Shown one piece after another: positions 1 through 10,226 of a stretch of DNA of 64,000 nt. This DNA comes from Patescibacteria group bacterium (GTDB lineage: Bacteria; Patescibacteriota; Minisyncoccia; Phycocordibacterales; BOKC01): positions 253,925-317,924 of the forward strand of contig JBBTWE010000001.1 in NCBI GenBank assembly GCA_038062955.1, read 5' to 3'. Below the pieces are notes generated by a model that worked only from the letters and a program-made list of their open reading frames with translations, was not told the DNA's origin and did not search any database. The position numbers were made by a program, and so were the translations under genes. Positions within the stretch are counted from its first letter, which is position 1. Each line of letters opens with the position of its first letter.

Positions 1-511
1 CAAAAGAGATCTACAGTTTGTCATTATGGGTGATGGAGATAAGACGATAGTTAATGCTTTAGAAAAAATCCAAAAGAAATTCCCCAAAAAATTCGTTCTA
101 ACTCCTTTTAATCCTAAATATGAAACCTCAATGTACGCCGGAGCTGATATTTTTCTCCTTCCATCTCGTTTTGAACCATGTGGAATAAATCAAATGATTG
201 CTTTAAGATATGGATGCATTCCAGTTGTTCACCATATTGGTGGCTTAGCCGATACAATTGTAGATTTTAATCCACACAAAGAAACAGGAAACGGTTTTAC
301 TTTTAAAGAATACAATGTATTAGATTTGGTGGTAGCAATTACCCGTGCTACTGAAAATTATAAACATCCAGAAATTTGGAAAAGACTCGTGATTACTGGT
401 CTTAAAGAAGCTAACTCTTGGAAAATCCCAGCTAAGAAGTATGTCGATTTATACCGAGAGACTTTTAAGTTAAAAAAGAAAAATGAACATAATGGTCACA
501 ACGGAAAGTAG
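1..511 (+). CDS. glgA: glycogen/starch synthase, C-terminal part (5' end upstream of window)
   Basis: Frame is open from base 2. C-terminal motifs FLLPSRFEPCGINQMIALRYGCIPVV..GGLADTIVDF are typical of GlgA-type GT5 enzymes. Confidence 0.75.
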   Translation, partial: KRDLQFVIMGDGDKTIVNALEKIQKKFPKKFVLTPFNPKYETSMYAGADIFLLPSRFEPCGINQMIALRYGCIPVVHHIGGLADTIVDFNPHKETGNGFTFKEYNVLDLVVAITRATENYKHPEIWKRLVITGLKEANSWKIPAKKYVDLYRETFKLKKKNEHNGHNGK

Positions 512-677
512 ATTTAAGATTTAAAAAATTTGATAAAACGAAACTTATAAAACTTCCAGATTTGAGCACAGTTCTAGGCACGAGCGAGAAGTGTACTGAG
601 GCCTATTTAACAATAGGACGAGGGAGCCTCGGAGCAAAGTAACGACGAAATGTGCCAAATATGGAAGTTATAAACCT

Positions 678-1832
678 ATGATTAAGTGGATCAATTTCCT
701 ACACATATATCAACCGCCTACTCAAGATTCAGCAATCCTTAAAAAGGTCTCTGAAGAAAGCTATTCTCATATACTAAAATTAGCTGATAAATATCCGGAT
801 CTTAAATTAACTTTGAATATTTCTGGTTCTTTACTTGAAAAATTTCAAGAGAACCATATGGGTGAACTTATAGAAGGATATAAAAAACTTTTGGAATCCA
901 GGAGAATAGAATTAACTGGTAGTGCTATGTATCATCCCATCCTTCCTCTAATTCCAGAAAGTGAAGTGATAGATCAAATTGCTCTAAATAATAAAAAATG
1001 TGAGGAAGTCTTTGGAGATCTGTATAAACCAACTGGTTTTTACCTACCTGAAATGGCCTACAGTAAAAAGGTGGCTAAGATAATTAAAGACGCTGGTTTT
1101 AAATGGATTATTTTAGATGAGATTCATTTTCCAAATGGACAAGTAAGTGATAAGACAAAATACATACTTAAAGATATTGGCTTAGAAGTATTATTCCGTG
1201 ATAGAAAATTCTCAAAAAGTTTTCCACCGGAATCAGTTGTTGAAAACTTGGAAAAAATTAATGAAAAATATTTAATAACTGCTCACGACGGAGAGCTTTA
1301 TGGTCATTGGCACAAAGAAGAAAAAGGTTATTATGACAAAGCTTTCAAGAATCAAGATATTAAAAATCTTCTAGTTTCTGAATATCTAAATGAATTAAAA
1401 GAAACACAAGAAGTTGAACCGGTAGAAGCCAACTGGGAGTCTCTTGGTGAAGAAATAAAGAATGGAAATCCATATGCTCTGTGGAATACTTCAAAAAATA
1501 AAATTCAAAAAGAATTATGGAGTCTCGAGGAATTGGTGTACAGCATAATATCAAAGAATGAAAGTGATCCAAATTTTAAGGAGGCTAAAAGCCACTATGA
1601 TAAAGGAGTGTCTAGTTGCTATTTTTGGTGGGCATCAGAGAGAAAAATTGATGTGTTCTCCCCCATTTCTTGGAACCCAACCGAGATAGAAAAGGGGTTA
1701 AATGAATTACTTAGATCTATTAGATCGCTTAATAAACTAGATGGAAAGATAAAAATTAAAGCTGAAAAAGATTTTAATAATCTTCGAACACTTATCTGGC
1801 AAAAACATTGGGAAAGAGAGTCTAAGAAATAA
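678..1832 (+). CDS. glycoside hydrolase family 57-like protein
   Basis: N-terminal WINFLHIYQPP matches the GH57 H-x-HQP signature. It lies inside an alpha-glucan gene cluster. Confidence 0.5.
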   Translation: MIKWINFLHIYQPPTQDSAILKKVSEESYSHILKLADKYPDLKLTLNISGSLLEKFQENHMGELIEGYKKLLESRRIELTGSAMYHPILPLIPESEVIDQIALNNKKCEEVFGDLYKPTGFYLPEMAYSKKVAKIIKDAGFKWIILDEIHFPNGQVSDKTKYILKDIGLEVLFRDRKFSKSFPPESVVENLEKINEKYLITAHDGELYGHWHKEEKGYYDKAFKNQDIKNLLVSEYLNELKETQEVEPVEANWESLGEEIKNGNPYALWNTSKNKIQKELWSLEELVYSIISKNESDPNFKEAKSHYDKGVSSCYFWWASERKIDVFSPISWNPTEIEKGLNELLRSIRSLNKLDGKIKIKAEKDFNNLRTLIWQKHWERESKK

Positions 1833-1837
1833 TTTTT

Positions 1838-2914
1838 ATGAAAATTGCCCAAATAGTTTCACTTGAAGAAAGTGTTCCACCAAAACACAAAAACGGTTTG
1901 GAATTCGTCGTATCTTGGATTACAGAAGAATTAATAAAACGTGGCCATGATGTCACCTTATTTGCCCCAGCAGATTCGAAAACTAAAGCGAAACTGGTGC
2001 CACTGGTCTCTGTTTGTCTATCAAACCAAGACAATAAAACTCAAAATTGGAAACAGCCCCAAGCTGATATGTGGAATTCGGCTTTGGTTGCTGCGCAATC
2101 TGGTAATTTTGATATTATCCATTCCCACTCTCGCTCGATTGTTTATTTCATGTCTCAAATTAAAATACCAGTCGTTCAAACTCTTCATCATCCCGCATCA
2201 TTCCATCATCCATTTTTTGATAATGAGATAGGCGAAGCTAATTTAAGATTTATTTTAGATCACTACAGTAAAATCAACTATGTTTCTGTTAGTAAAAACC
2301 AACTGAATGAATATTTAGGAAGCAAATCAAGTTATTTTAAAAATTATACCAATATTTACAACGGTATTCCGATTAATGACTTTGAATTTAATAATAATCC
2401 CAATAATTATCTGTTTTTTATTGGATATATAAATAAAAATAAAGGAGCTGATATTGCTGTCAGAGTAGCAAAAAAAATGGGAATGAATCTAATATTAGCT
2501 GGAGATAATTCAACTGAAATAGATTTTTTCAAAAAAGAAATCGAACCTTATTTGAACGATAAAATTAAGTATGTGGGGCCAGTTGATTTTAAAAAGAAAA
2601 ACGAGTTATATAAAAATGCCTTGGCAACTTTGGCTCCGATTCGTTGGCAAGAACCATTTGGTTTAACTATTGTTGAATCGCAAGCATGCGGAACTCCTGT
2701 CATCTCCTTTCGAAATGGAGCGGCCCCTGAAATTATTGATCATGGTAACACTGGTTTTGTCGTAGAAAACGAAGAACAGATGATAGAGGCTGTTTCAAAA
2801 ATTAAAACTATCGATCGCAAAAAATGCCGAGAGTGGGTGGAGAAAAATTTCAGTGTTGAAACCATGGTGGACGGTTACGAAGCACTGTACAGAAAACTTA
2901 CAAACAAAAAGTAG
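1838..2914 (+). CDS. GT4 family glycosyltransferase (group 1)
   Basis: C-terminal EPFGLTIVESQACGTPVISFRNGAAPEIIDHGNTGFVV is the GT4 E-x7-E region. Confidence 0.75.
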   Translation: MKIAQIVSLEESVPPKHKNGLEFVVSWITEELIKRGHDVTLFAPADSKTKAKLVPLVSVCLSNQDNKTQNWKQPQADMWNSALVAAQSGNFDIIHSHSRSIVYFMSQIKIPVVQTLHHPASFHHPFFDNEIGEANLRFILDHYSKINYVSVSKNQLNEYLGSKSSYFKNYTNIYNGIPINDFEFNNNPNNYLFFIGYINKNKGADIAVRVAKKMGMNLILAGDNSTEIDFFKKEIEPYLNDKIKYVGPVDFKKKNELYKNALATLAPIRWQEPFGLTIVESQACGTPVISFRNGAAPEIIDHGNTGFVVENEEQMIEAVSKIKTIDRKKCREWVEKNFSVETMVDGYEALYRKLTNKK

Positions 2915-2916
2915 AG

Positions 2917-3498
2917 TTATTGTGTTTCTCCAATCCAGGTAAGAATCTCCTTGACGACTCTCTCGTTAGGCAAAGTGGTTAAATCTACATTCAAAACCGG
3001 CAGTTTGCTTTTAGTAATAAATTCTCTGAATTTCTTCTGTTGTTCTACATAATCAGATGGTTTTTGAGCAATTCGTCCATAGTGATTATATAGATTTAGA
3101 CGATCACCGAGTCTTTTTTCAAAAATTTTAGGATCATCTTCAATTGAGCAGAAAATTATTTTTGTATTGAGCTTAAGAAGTCTCTCTTCTATTGCAGAAT
3201 AATCTAATTCCTGCTTTTTATACAGATTATGATAGACCATATCACTTATGTGTAATTTTTCGAACATTATATTCCGTTCTGGCATAAGTTCAGCCATTTC
3301 TACATATTTTTCAATAATATCCTTGCCATATTTTGTGCCAAAAATTCCAACATCAGAGTTAAACCAATGACATCCATCTAATATTTTGGGGTTAGTATTA
3401 TATTTTTTCTCTAGAAAATCATAGATACGGCCCATTATAGAACTCTTGCCGGTTAATTCGGCTCCTTCAAATATTAGTTTGTAGTTACCTTTAGACAT
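2917..3498 (-). CDS. P-loop NTPase, putative nucleoside/nucleotide kinase
   Basis: Walker A-like LIFEGAELTGKSS close to the N-terminus. Start set at MSKGNYK, which is internal to the longer ORF-track call. Confidence 0.35.
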   Translation of the reverse strand: MSKGNYKLIFEGAELTGKSSIMGRIYDFLEKKYNTNPKILDGCHWFNSDVGIFGTKYGKDIIEKYVEMAELMPERNIMFEKLHISDMVYHNLYKKQELDYSAIEERLLKLNTKIIFCSIEDDPKIFEKRLGDRLNLYNHYGRIAQKPSDYVEQQKKFREFITKSKLPVLNVDLTTLPNERVVKEILTWIGETQ

Positions 3499-3545
3499 AT
3501 TAATAATGATACACATTCCTGATATAATATACAAAACTATAGATT

Positions 3546-5189
3546 ATGAAAAACGACGATTTAAAAAACAATTGGTCGCGAAATGCTGTCGTGTATCAAA
3601 TTTACCCGTTAAGTTTTAAAGATTCCAATCATGATGGTTCTGGAGACTTAAATGGGATTATCTCCGCTCTCGATTATCTGAACGACGGTACACCAAATTC
3701 TTTGGGAATCGGCGCGATTTGGATTTCTCCAATATACAAATCTCCGATGAAAGATTGCGGTTATGACATTTCAGATTATTACGATATTAATCCGCTTTTT
3801 GGAACTTTAGAAGATTTTGATCGGCTTATTAAGGAAGCTCACAAAAGAGGTGTTAGGATCATAATGGATTTTGTCATAAACCATACCTCGAATGAACATC
3901 CGTGGTTTTTGGAATCTAAGTCTTCACTAAATAACCCTCGGAGGGATTGGTATATTTGGCGTGACCCAAAAGAGGATGGTTCCCCACCCAATAATTGGCT
4001 TTCAATCTCTGGAGGGTCAGCGTGGACATTTGATGAGACCACCAAACAATACTATTTTCATTCTTTTTTGCCCGAACAACCAGATTTGAATTGGCGAACT
4101 GAAGCCGTTCGAGGTGAAATGATGAATGTGGTGAGATTTTGGCTTAAACGCGGAGTCGACGGTTTTCGTGTTGATGCACTCGACACATTAGTGGAGGATG
4201 GGTATCTTCGTGATGATCCTGCCAATCCAAAGTATGATGCGAAAATTGATGGGGAGTATACATCTTTAAAACATTCTTTCAGTCGGATGCCGTCTGAAAC
4301 TAAATATTGCACTAATATTTTATGCAATACAGTGAGTGAGTTTGAAAATAAATTTATAATAAGTGAAGCCTACGCAAAAATTCCTCTGATGGCAGAGATG
4401 TTTAAGTCGTGTGATAAAAAAATACACTCCCCTTTCAATTTCAATTTAATGAAACTGCCATGGAAAGCGACAGAATTTAAAAAATTCGTTGATGAATACG
4501 AGAAATCTCTCCATAAGGAAGACTGGCCTAACTATGTTTTCGGTAATCACGACAGACCCCGTCTTCAGGACAGAATTGGTGAAGCGAAACTCAAAGTCGC
4601 AGCAATGCTCCTCTTAACACTTCGAGGCATGCCTTTTATTTACTATGGTGAAGAGATCGGTATGAAAAATGCAAACATTCCTGAATCAGAAATAAAAGAC
4701 ATGTTCGCTTTACGAGCGAATAATCCGAAATCTAGCCGTGATCCAGAGCGTTCACCAATGCAATGGAATAGCGATTTGAATGCTGGATTTGGAGATGTAA
4801 AACCATGGCTTCCTCTTTCTGATGATTACAAAGAAACAAACGTTGAAATTGAATCAAAAAATCCAAATTCTTTATTGACTTTGTACAAGGAATTAATTCA
4901 TTTAAGAAATAATTCTATTGTGCTAAAGCTCGGATCTTATAAATCCTTAAAAACTAAATCACCTGATATTTTTTCTTATGTTCGAGAACGCGAAGGAAAA
5001 AGAATATTAGTGATACTAAATTTTTCCGATAACCAAATTGAAGAGCCTTTGCCGCCTAATAAGTTCAAAGTGCTTGTCTCAACTGACAAAGAGCGTAAGC
5101 AAGGAGAAGATATCTCTGGGAACAGTATCGCCATTAAGCCTAATGGCGGTTATGTTCTAGAGGTTATGGAGCAATTAGGAAAATACTAA
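3546..5189 (+). CDS. GH13 alpha-glucosidase / oligo-1,6-glucosidase family
   Basis: AVVYQIYPLSFKDSNHDGSGDLNGI, GIGAIWISPIY and VRIIMDFVINHTS are canonical GH13 subfamily motifs. Confidence 0.85.
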   Translation: MKNDDLKNNWSRNAVVYQIYPLSFKDSNHDGSGDLNGIISALDYLNDGTPNSLGIGAIWISPIYKSPMKDCGYDISDYYDINPLFGTLEDFDRLIKEAHKRGVRIIMDFVINHTSNEHPWFLESKSSLNNPRRDWYIWRDPKEDGSPPNNWLSISGGSAWTFDETTKQYYFHSFLPEQPDLNWRTEAVRGEMMNVVRFWLKRGVDGFRVDALDTLVEDGYLRDDPANPKYDAKIDGEYTSLKHSFSRMPSETKYCTNILCNTVSEFENKFIISEAYAKIPLMAEMFKSCDKKIHSPFNFNLMKLPWKATEFKKFVDEYEKSLHKEDWPNYVFGNHDRPRLQDRIGEAKLKVAAMLLLTLRGMPFIYYGEEIGMKNANIPESEIKDMFALRANNPKSSRDPERSPMQWNSDLNAGFGDVKPWLPLSDDYKETNVEIESKNPNSLLTLYKELIHLRNNSIVLKLGSYKSLKTKSPDIFSYVREREGKRILVILNFSDNQIEEPLPPNKFKVLVSTDKERKQGEDISGNSIAIKPNGGYVLEVMEQLGKY

Positions 5190-5202
5190 TGCCTTTAAAT
5201 TC

Positions 5203-6474
5203 CTAATTATGTATCTTAGATAGGTTTTCCTTTTCTTCTCTTGTTATTTTACTGTATTGCTCGTTTATATCGTTCATAATTTCTACCAATCTTTTCTGTT
5301 TGTCTACACTTTGCCATCTCTCCTGCTCTACTTTTCGTAATTTATCTTCAACTTCCCATCTCTTGGTTTCTATTATTTTTTCTTCAGCCGAGTCTTTTGT
5401 TCGATGCTCCTTCTCATTTATTGCTTTTTTTTCTAGAATAATGTCCTTTTCAATTTTATTGAGTCTCTCTATCGTTTCTTTAAAATTCTTGATTTGAGCC
5501 TCCAGTTTGGTTTTATTGGTCTCAATATCAATTTTCAGTCTTTTGATTTCACGAAGGCGGAGCTTGGCTTCAACGGCTTGTTTTGTTTTTTCTAATTCAA
5601 CCAACTTGCTTTCGGCCTCATTTTGTTTGGAGACTAGAGTTTCATAAGTTTTATCTTTCTCCTCAATAAGCTTGAGCGCCGCGCTTAAATCTTCCATATG
5701 CGCCCATTTCTCTCGTTCTAATTTCTGTCTCTGATCTTCTTTTCCCCATCGATTTTTTTCTTCCGTTCTTTTTTGGTCTTCATCTGTTGTCGCTTCTATT
5801 TTATCTTCAATGACTTTTATAACGGATTCCAGTTTTTTTTCTTCTTCCAAAATCGGATTTAACATTTTTTCGATATCCTCCTTGTTTAACACAAAATCCT
5901 CCCTTTCTTCCAAGACCTTACTCTGGTTTTTTTTGTAATATTCTAGTTTTTGCTTCCATTCTGCATGTTCTTTCGTAATAGCAACAAGATTTTCTCTAAG
6001 AGTATTTTCCTCATCCTGTAAAATATCATCATTACTCATTTCTTGAGTTTTTGGTGTTTTCTTTTCGATGCGTGCTTCTTTTGAGAGCTGAATTTGGTCG
6101 GTGGTCGGCGTTAAATCATCGATACTATAAACCCGAGCATCTTCTCGGTGCTCTGATTCCATCTTATTTTTTCTATTTTTCAAAAGTTCAATAAATGGGA
6201 TATCTTCTTCTGAATTTTCATCAGTTTTTTCTACTTTCTTACTTTCTTTCTTAGTTTCTACTTGAGTGGCATCCACATGTGTTTTCGCTCCATTTTCCTT
6301 AGCGTCATTCTCGGTGGATAAATAAGGATCGTAAGAAAATACTTGGTCTTCACCATATTTTTCCAAGTTTTTTTTGTATTCTTTTAAATCGCCGTCTAGA
6401 GTCCGTAACCCCTTTAAATCAACATGCTCGTCCCCATCTTTTTTAACATCTTTTTGATTATTACTGTCTGCCAT
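5203..6474 (-). CDS. K/E-rich coiled-coil protein, function unknown
   Basis: 423-aa ORF with heptad-like charged repeats throughout and no recognisable catalytic motif. Confidence 0.45.
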   Translation of the reverse strand: MADSNNQKDVKKDGDEHVDLKGLRTLDGDLKEYKKNLEKYGEDQVFSYDPYLSTENDAKENGAKTHVDATQVETKKESKKVEKTDENSEEDIPFIELLKNRKNKMESEHREDARVYSIDDLTPTTDQIQLSKEARIEKKTPKTQEMSNDDILQDEENTLRENLVAITKEHAEWKQKLEYYKKNQSKVLEEREDFVLNKEDIEKMLNPILEEEKKLESVIKVIEDKIEATTDEDQKRTEEKNRWGKEDQRQKLEREKWAHMEDLSAALKLIEEKDKTYETLVSKQNEAESKLVELEKTKQAVEAKLRLREIKRLKIDIETNKTKLEAQIKNFKETIERLNKIEKDIILEKKAINEKEHRTKDSAEEKIIETKRWEVEDKLRKVEQERWQSVDKQKRLVEIMNDINEQYSKITREEKENLSKIHN

Positions 6475-6657
6475 ATCCCTATATTATAAAGGGTACTAGA
6501 CCTCTGGGCAAGCCATGAACACAGATGTTTTCAGCACGATCACCTATATGACTTTTTTTGTTTTTCTGGCATAATTGAGGATTGTTCTAGGATACTAGAT
6601 GAATAAGAGACATCATCTCTCTCAATCCTCTGAATTCTAATGCCTCTAATATAAATT

Positions 6658-8193
6658 ATGAGACCTCCCACTCTAAAAACTCTCCTTTCCATAATGTGCG
6701 ATCAAAGTACAGATGCGAAGAAACTCATAGAAAACGCTTGGCAGTTTGGAGAAAAATCTCACAGTGGACAAAAACGACTTTCTGGAGATCCGTATTTCAA
6801 TCATCCATCCCTCGTTGCTCTTTATTTGGCGGAAATTGGCATGGACAGAAATACGATTGCCGCTGGATTGCTTCATGACATTTTGGAAGATACTCCGACA
6901 AGTTCGGCGGTCTTAGAAGAAAAATTTGGAACAGAAATCAAAGTTTTGGTTGAAGGGGTCACAAGGCTTGGAAGCATCAAACACGAAGGCTATGGGTGGG
7001 AAGGTCATACCGAGAGTCTCCGACGATTATTTTGGACAACAGCCCAAGATATTAGAACGATCATAATAAAGCTGGTTGACCGCCTCCATAACATGCAAAC
7101 TTTGGAGTTTCATACCAAAGAGAAGCAACAAGAAAAAGCAAAAGAAACAATGGAATTGTACGCTCCGATTGCTGACAGACTTGGCATCGGTAGGCTCCGC
7201 CAGGACTTGGAAGATTTATCTTTTTCTTTTATTCACCCAGAAAAATATAAAGAAACACAAAAACTTCAGAAGGAAAAACTTTTAATTAATAAAAAAAGGA
7301 TTGATTCTTTACATAAGGCTTTAAAAATAGAGCTCGCGAAGCTCAAAACAGCTTATTTTCAAACAGAAATTCACGAAAAAGGTCTCTATAGACTTTATAA
7401 AAAAATAGAAAGAAAGGGAGGAAATTTGGATCAAATATACGATTACTTTACGTTTTCGGTGGTTGTACCCACCCCGAGCGATTGTTACAAAACTATGGGC
7501 GCGATTCATAGTAAATGGCGACCGTTACCAAACAAGATCAAAGATTTTATTGCTTTCCCCAAACCCAACGGCTACCAAGGAATAGAGACAACAGTTTTTT
7601 CTGATGACGGAGAACTTCTCGAAATCCATATCTTCACAAAAGAGATGTTGCTCCAGGCAAAGTACGGAATAGCTTTTCTTTTATCACCAAAAGAATTTCT
7701 ACCTACTTTAGGCGACGCGGAAAAACAATCATTTTCTTTTAGTAATTTTATTTACTCTTTATTTAAAGTTTTTACTAAAAGAGAAAGTGTAAATTTAATA
7801 AAAGGAAAAATTGATATCCCCGCATGGCTTCAAAAAATGGTAGAAACCCAAAAAAGTATAATAAAGCCAAAAGATTTTATTGATGGTTTAACTCGCGACT
7901 TTCTCAATCATCGAATTTTCGTTTTTACATCACGTGGTGATGTTGTCGATTTGCCTCAAGGATCAAGTGGGGTGGATTTTGCTTACACTATGGGGTCAGA
8001 GGTAGGAAATCACATACGTTCTGTGCGAATAGATCACAAGGAGTGTCCGTTTGCTCAAGAACTTAGAAACGGAGACATTGTCGAAATTGAAACTGACTCT
8101 AAGATTGAGCCTGTAAAAGAGTGGCTTAAATGTGCGAAAACCATTGCCGCCCAGCAATTAATTAATTCGTATTTGCAGAAAAGCAAGAAGTAG
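6658..8193 (+). CDS. rel: RelA/SpoT-homolog (p)ppGpp synthetase/hydrolase, short form
   Basis: HD motif GLLHDILEDT. Synthetase region YRLYKKIERKG..DYFTFSVVV..GYQGIETTV. TGS-like C-terminus RIFVFTSRGDVVDLPQGSS. Confidence 0.85.
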   Translation: MRPPTLKTLLSIMCDQSTDAKKLIENAWQFGEKSHSGQKRLSGDPYFNHPSLVALYLAEIGMDRNTIAAGLLHDILEDTPTSSAVLEEKFGTEIKVLVEGVTRLGSIKHEGYGWEGHTESLRRLFWTTAQDIRTIIIKLVDRLHNMQTLEFHTKEKQQEKAKETMELYAPIADRLGIGRLRQDLEDLSFSFIHPEKYKETQKLQKEKLLINKKRIDSLHKALKIELAKLKTAYFQTEIHEKGLYRLYKKIERKGGNLDQIYDYFTFSVVVPTPSDCYKTMGAIHSKWRPLPNKIKDFIAFPKPNGYQGIETTVFSDDGELLEIHIFTKEMLLQAKYGIAFLLSPKEFLPTLGDAEKQSFSFSNFIYSLFKVFTKRESVNLIKGKIDIPAWLQKMVETQKSIIKPKDFIDGLTRDFLNHRIFVFTSRGDVVDLPQGSSGVDFAYTMGSEVGNHIRSVRIDHKECPFAQELRNGDIVEIETDSKIEPVKEWLKCAKTIAAQQLINSYLQKSKK

Positions 8194-8261
8194 ATTCAAG
8201 ATTTACGATTTAGGATTTAAGATTTTTTAAAATAATTTGATTAGAAAGGTTGTTTTAATAT

Positions 8262-8350
8262 AAATGGTAAAAACCATTTGATCCGTCTTCGCTCGTGCAT
8301 CATGAGAATAAAGATTCTCGCGATTACACTCGCTAGCCGGAATAAAAAAG
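8262..8350 (-). repeat. MITE-like repeat family D, short variant
   Basis: Reverse complement matches the ends of the 39716-39840 copy (TTTTTTATTCCGGCTAGCGAGTG ... CGAGCGAAGACGGATCAAA-GGTTT-ACC-TTTA). Terminal hairpin AAATGGT/ACCATTT. Confidence 0.6.
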
Positions 8351-8407
8351 AAGAGCCCCCGCAGAAACATTCCTGCAAGGGACTCGAACACCGAGAACGT
8401 GGCACAG

Positions 8408-8608
8408 CTACATCGGCCTCCTTCCACTCATCTCGTGTGCCCTACGACGGATGAAGGAAAGGAAGAATACTCCGGACGTGAAGGTCATGAGTGCAAACAC
8501 TAGCATCATGTCCCAACACGCAGCGAATGCGGCAACAACAAAAAACACACCGCTCATCACACTCAAGAGGCCGATCAACGCAATTGGTAGGTCTCGCACC
8601 GATATCAT
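8408..8608 (-). CDS. candidate small membrane protein (66 aa, two predicted TM helices) in a GC-rich islet
   Basis: Hydrophobic ORF MISVRDLPIALIGLLSV..VFFVVAAFAACW inside a ~50 % GC block. GGAG lies directly next to the ATG (poor spacing), so coding status is uncertain. Confidence 0.3.
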   Translation of the reverse strand: MISVRDLPIALIGLLSVMSGVFFVVAAFAACWDMMLVFALMTFTSGVFFLSFIRRRAHEMSGRRPM

Positions 8609-8675
8609 CTCCAGAAGAACTTGTCACGACCACCGTCGTAACTCGGATTCCCTACTGCATTTCAGGAACATTTTG

Positions 8676-8703
8676 AGCATAGCACAAGGCACCTTTTCTG
8701 TCA
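8676..8703 (-). promoter_or_regulatory. sigma70-like promoter (TTGACA-16-TATGCT) driving the GC-rich islet
   Basis: Read on the minus strand: ttgacagaaaaggtgccttgtgctatgct. Confidence 0.4.
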
Positions 8704-8805
8704 AGGAGATTTTGTGCTTTATTTAACCCAAATTATAGCCTTAAATAAAGCCTTATAATTGAGCGGTATTTAATTCTGATTTATTCTTAAATCTTGAATC
8801 ATAAA

Positions 8806-10086
8806 TCAGTTTATCTTGGTGGTATCTCTCGAGAAAAACAGATTGATTGTCCACTCAAAAGCTATTCGGAATCTCTTTTTCCAAGATAAAAATTTAAAAA
8901 GATAAACTGTGCGCCAAAGCCACCAGGCAAATCTTCCTTTAATTTTAAATCCAAAAATATCCCCTACCGCCTGCCACTCACCGAGCGAAATCAAACTACC
9001 CATTGATTTATACTTAAAAGATCGCAGTTGTTTTCCGCTTAAAATATTTTGTAAATTTTCTGCCACCGTCTTCGCTTGGTTTACGGCCACTTGTGCCAGC
9101 ATTGGAACCGCACCATTTTCATCACTCTTAAAATAAGCAACATCTCCTAAGACAAAAACTGAATCTTGATTAAGCGCTAAAAGATTTTGATCAACTTTTA
9201 CTCTGTTATTTTCTGTTAACTCAATATTTCCTATTATTTTAGGCAATACCGGAGAAACTCCCGCGGTCCAAAATATATTTGATGATAAAATTTTCTGTCC
9301 ACCTCCTAAACTTACGCCATTTTCGTGAATTTTCGTAACTGACGTATCTCGAAGCACAGAAATCCCCTTCTTGTTTAATATTTGAAGAGACCAATCTCGC
9401 AGTTTCTTGGGAAAGTGAGACAAAATCTCGGCTTCCCTGCTAATAAGAATGATTTTTATATCTCTTTTCTTGCAAAAAGTGTCTGCGTAATACGGATAAA
9501 GGGTGCCTACGACGAATTCAGCAATCTCCGCGACCAATTCCGCGCCAGTAGCCCCCGCTCCAACCACCACGAATGTTAAAAGTTTTGTTCTTTTTTCGCC
9601 CACAGGTTCTGAAGCGGCCTTCTCAAATGAATCGATTATTCTCGCTCGAATCGAAAGAGCGTCCCGTAGGCTTTTGAGTGGCAAGCTATTTTCTTTTGCG
9701 CCGGAAATTCCATGAAAATTTGTTTCTGCACCCGTGGCCAAAACAAGGTAATCAAATTTTATTTTTTCATTATTCGTTTCAACAATTTTTTCGTCTAAGT
9801 TAATGGCCGTAACTTCGGCCTGTCTAAATTGTACCTGACTGCCGGCAGGCAGGTGTCTTTTATTTCGGATAATTTCTCTGATTGGCTCGGTCGCGCTTAT
9901 AGGAGAAAGACCACCAGTTGCAACCTCATGCAAGAGTGGTGTGAAAAGAAAGTAATTTGTCTTGTTTATAAGAGTTACCTCAATTAAACCACTTTTAATC
10001 AGTTTTTTCAGTTTTCTTGCAACATAAATCCCCCCAAATCCCGCCCCGATTATGACTATTTTCTTTTTCTCCATAAATTTCACCAT
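8806..10086 (-). CDS. ndh: type II NADH dehydrogenase (NDH-2), FAD-dependent
   Basis: Two Rossmann motifs: KKIVIIGAGFGG and FVVVGAGATGAELVAE. Confidence 0.85.
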   Translation of the reverse strand: MVKFMEKKKIVIIGAGFGGIYVARKLKKLIKSGLIEVTLINKTNYFLFTPLLHEVATGGLSPISATEPIREIIRNKRHLPAGSQVQFRQAEVTAINLDEKIVETNNEKIKFDYLVLATGAETNFHGISGAKENSLPLKSLRDALSIRARIIDSFEKAASEPVGEKRTKLLTFVVVGAGATGAELVAEIAEFVVGTLYPYYADTFCKKRDIKIILISREAEILSHFPKKLRDWSLQILNKKGISVLRDTSVTKIHENGVSLGGGQKILSSNIFWTAGVSPVLPKIIGNIELTENNRVKVDQNLLALNQDSVFVLGDVAYFKSDENGAVPMLAQVAVNQAKTVAENLQNILSGKQLRSFKYKSMGSLISLGEWQAVGDIFGFKIKGRFAWWLWRTVYLFKFLSWKKRFRIAFEWTINLFFSRDTTKIN

Positions 10087-10226
10087 ACACTAACTTTAGC
10101 CTATAGACTAAAGTTAGTTGCGAGTAAATTTTAACTTTTACTCTTACGCTGATTTATTATGTTACAAGTATATCAAAACATCCGCTACGCAGAGCGGATG
10201 TTTTTGAATTAGAATTCTAATTATTG

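Noticed and set aside
8285-8700. GC-rich 8.3-8.7 kb block as RNase P RNA, tmRNA or SRP RNA
   Set aside because: No GGAAAGUCCGG / ACAGAA(A)CCGGCUUA (RNase P) motif. No tRNA-like 3' end with CCA or ALAA tag frame (tmRNA). No GGAAGGAAGCAGC domain IV (SRP). Left as an unclassified cassette.
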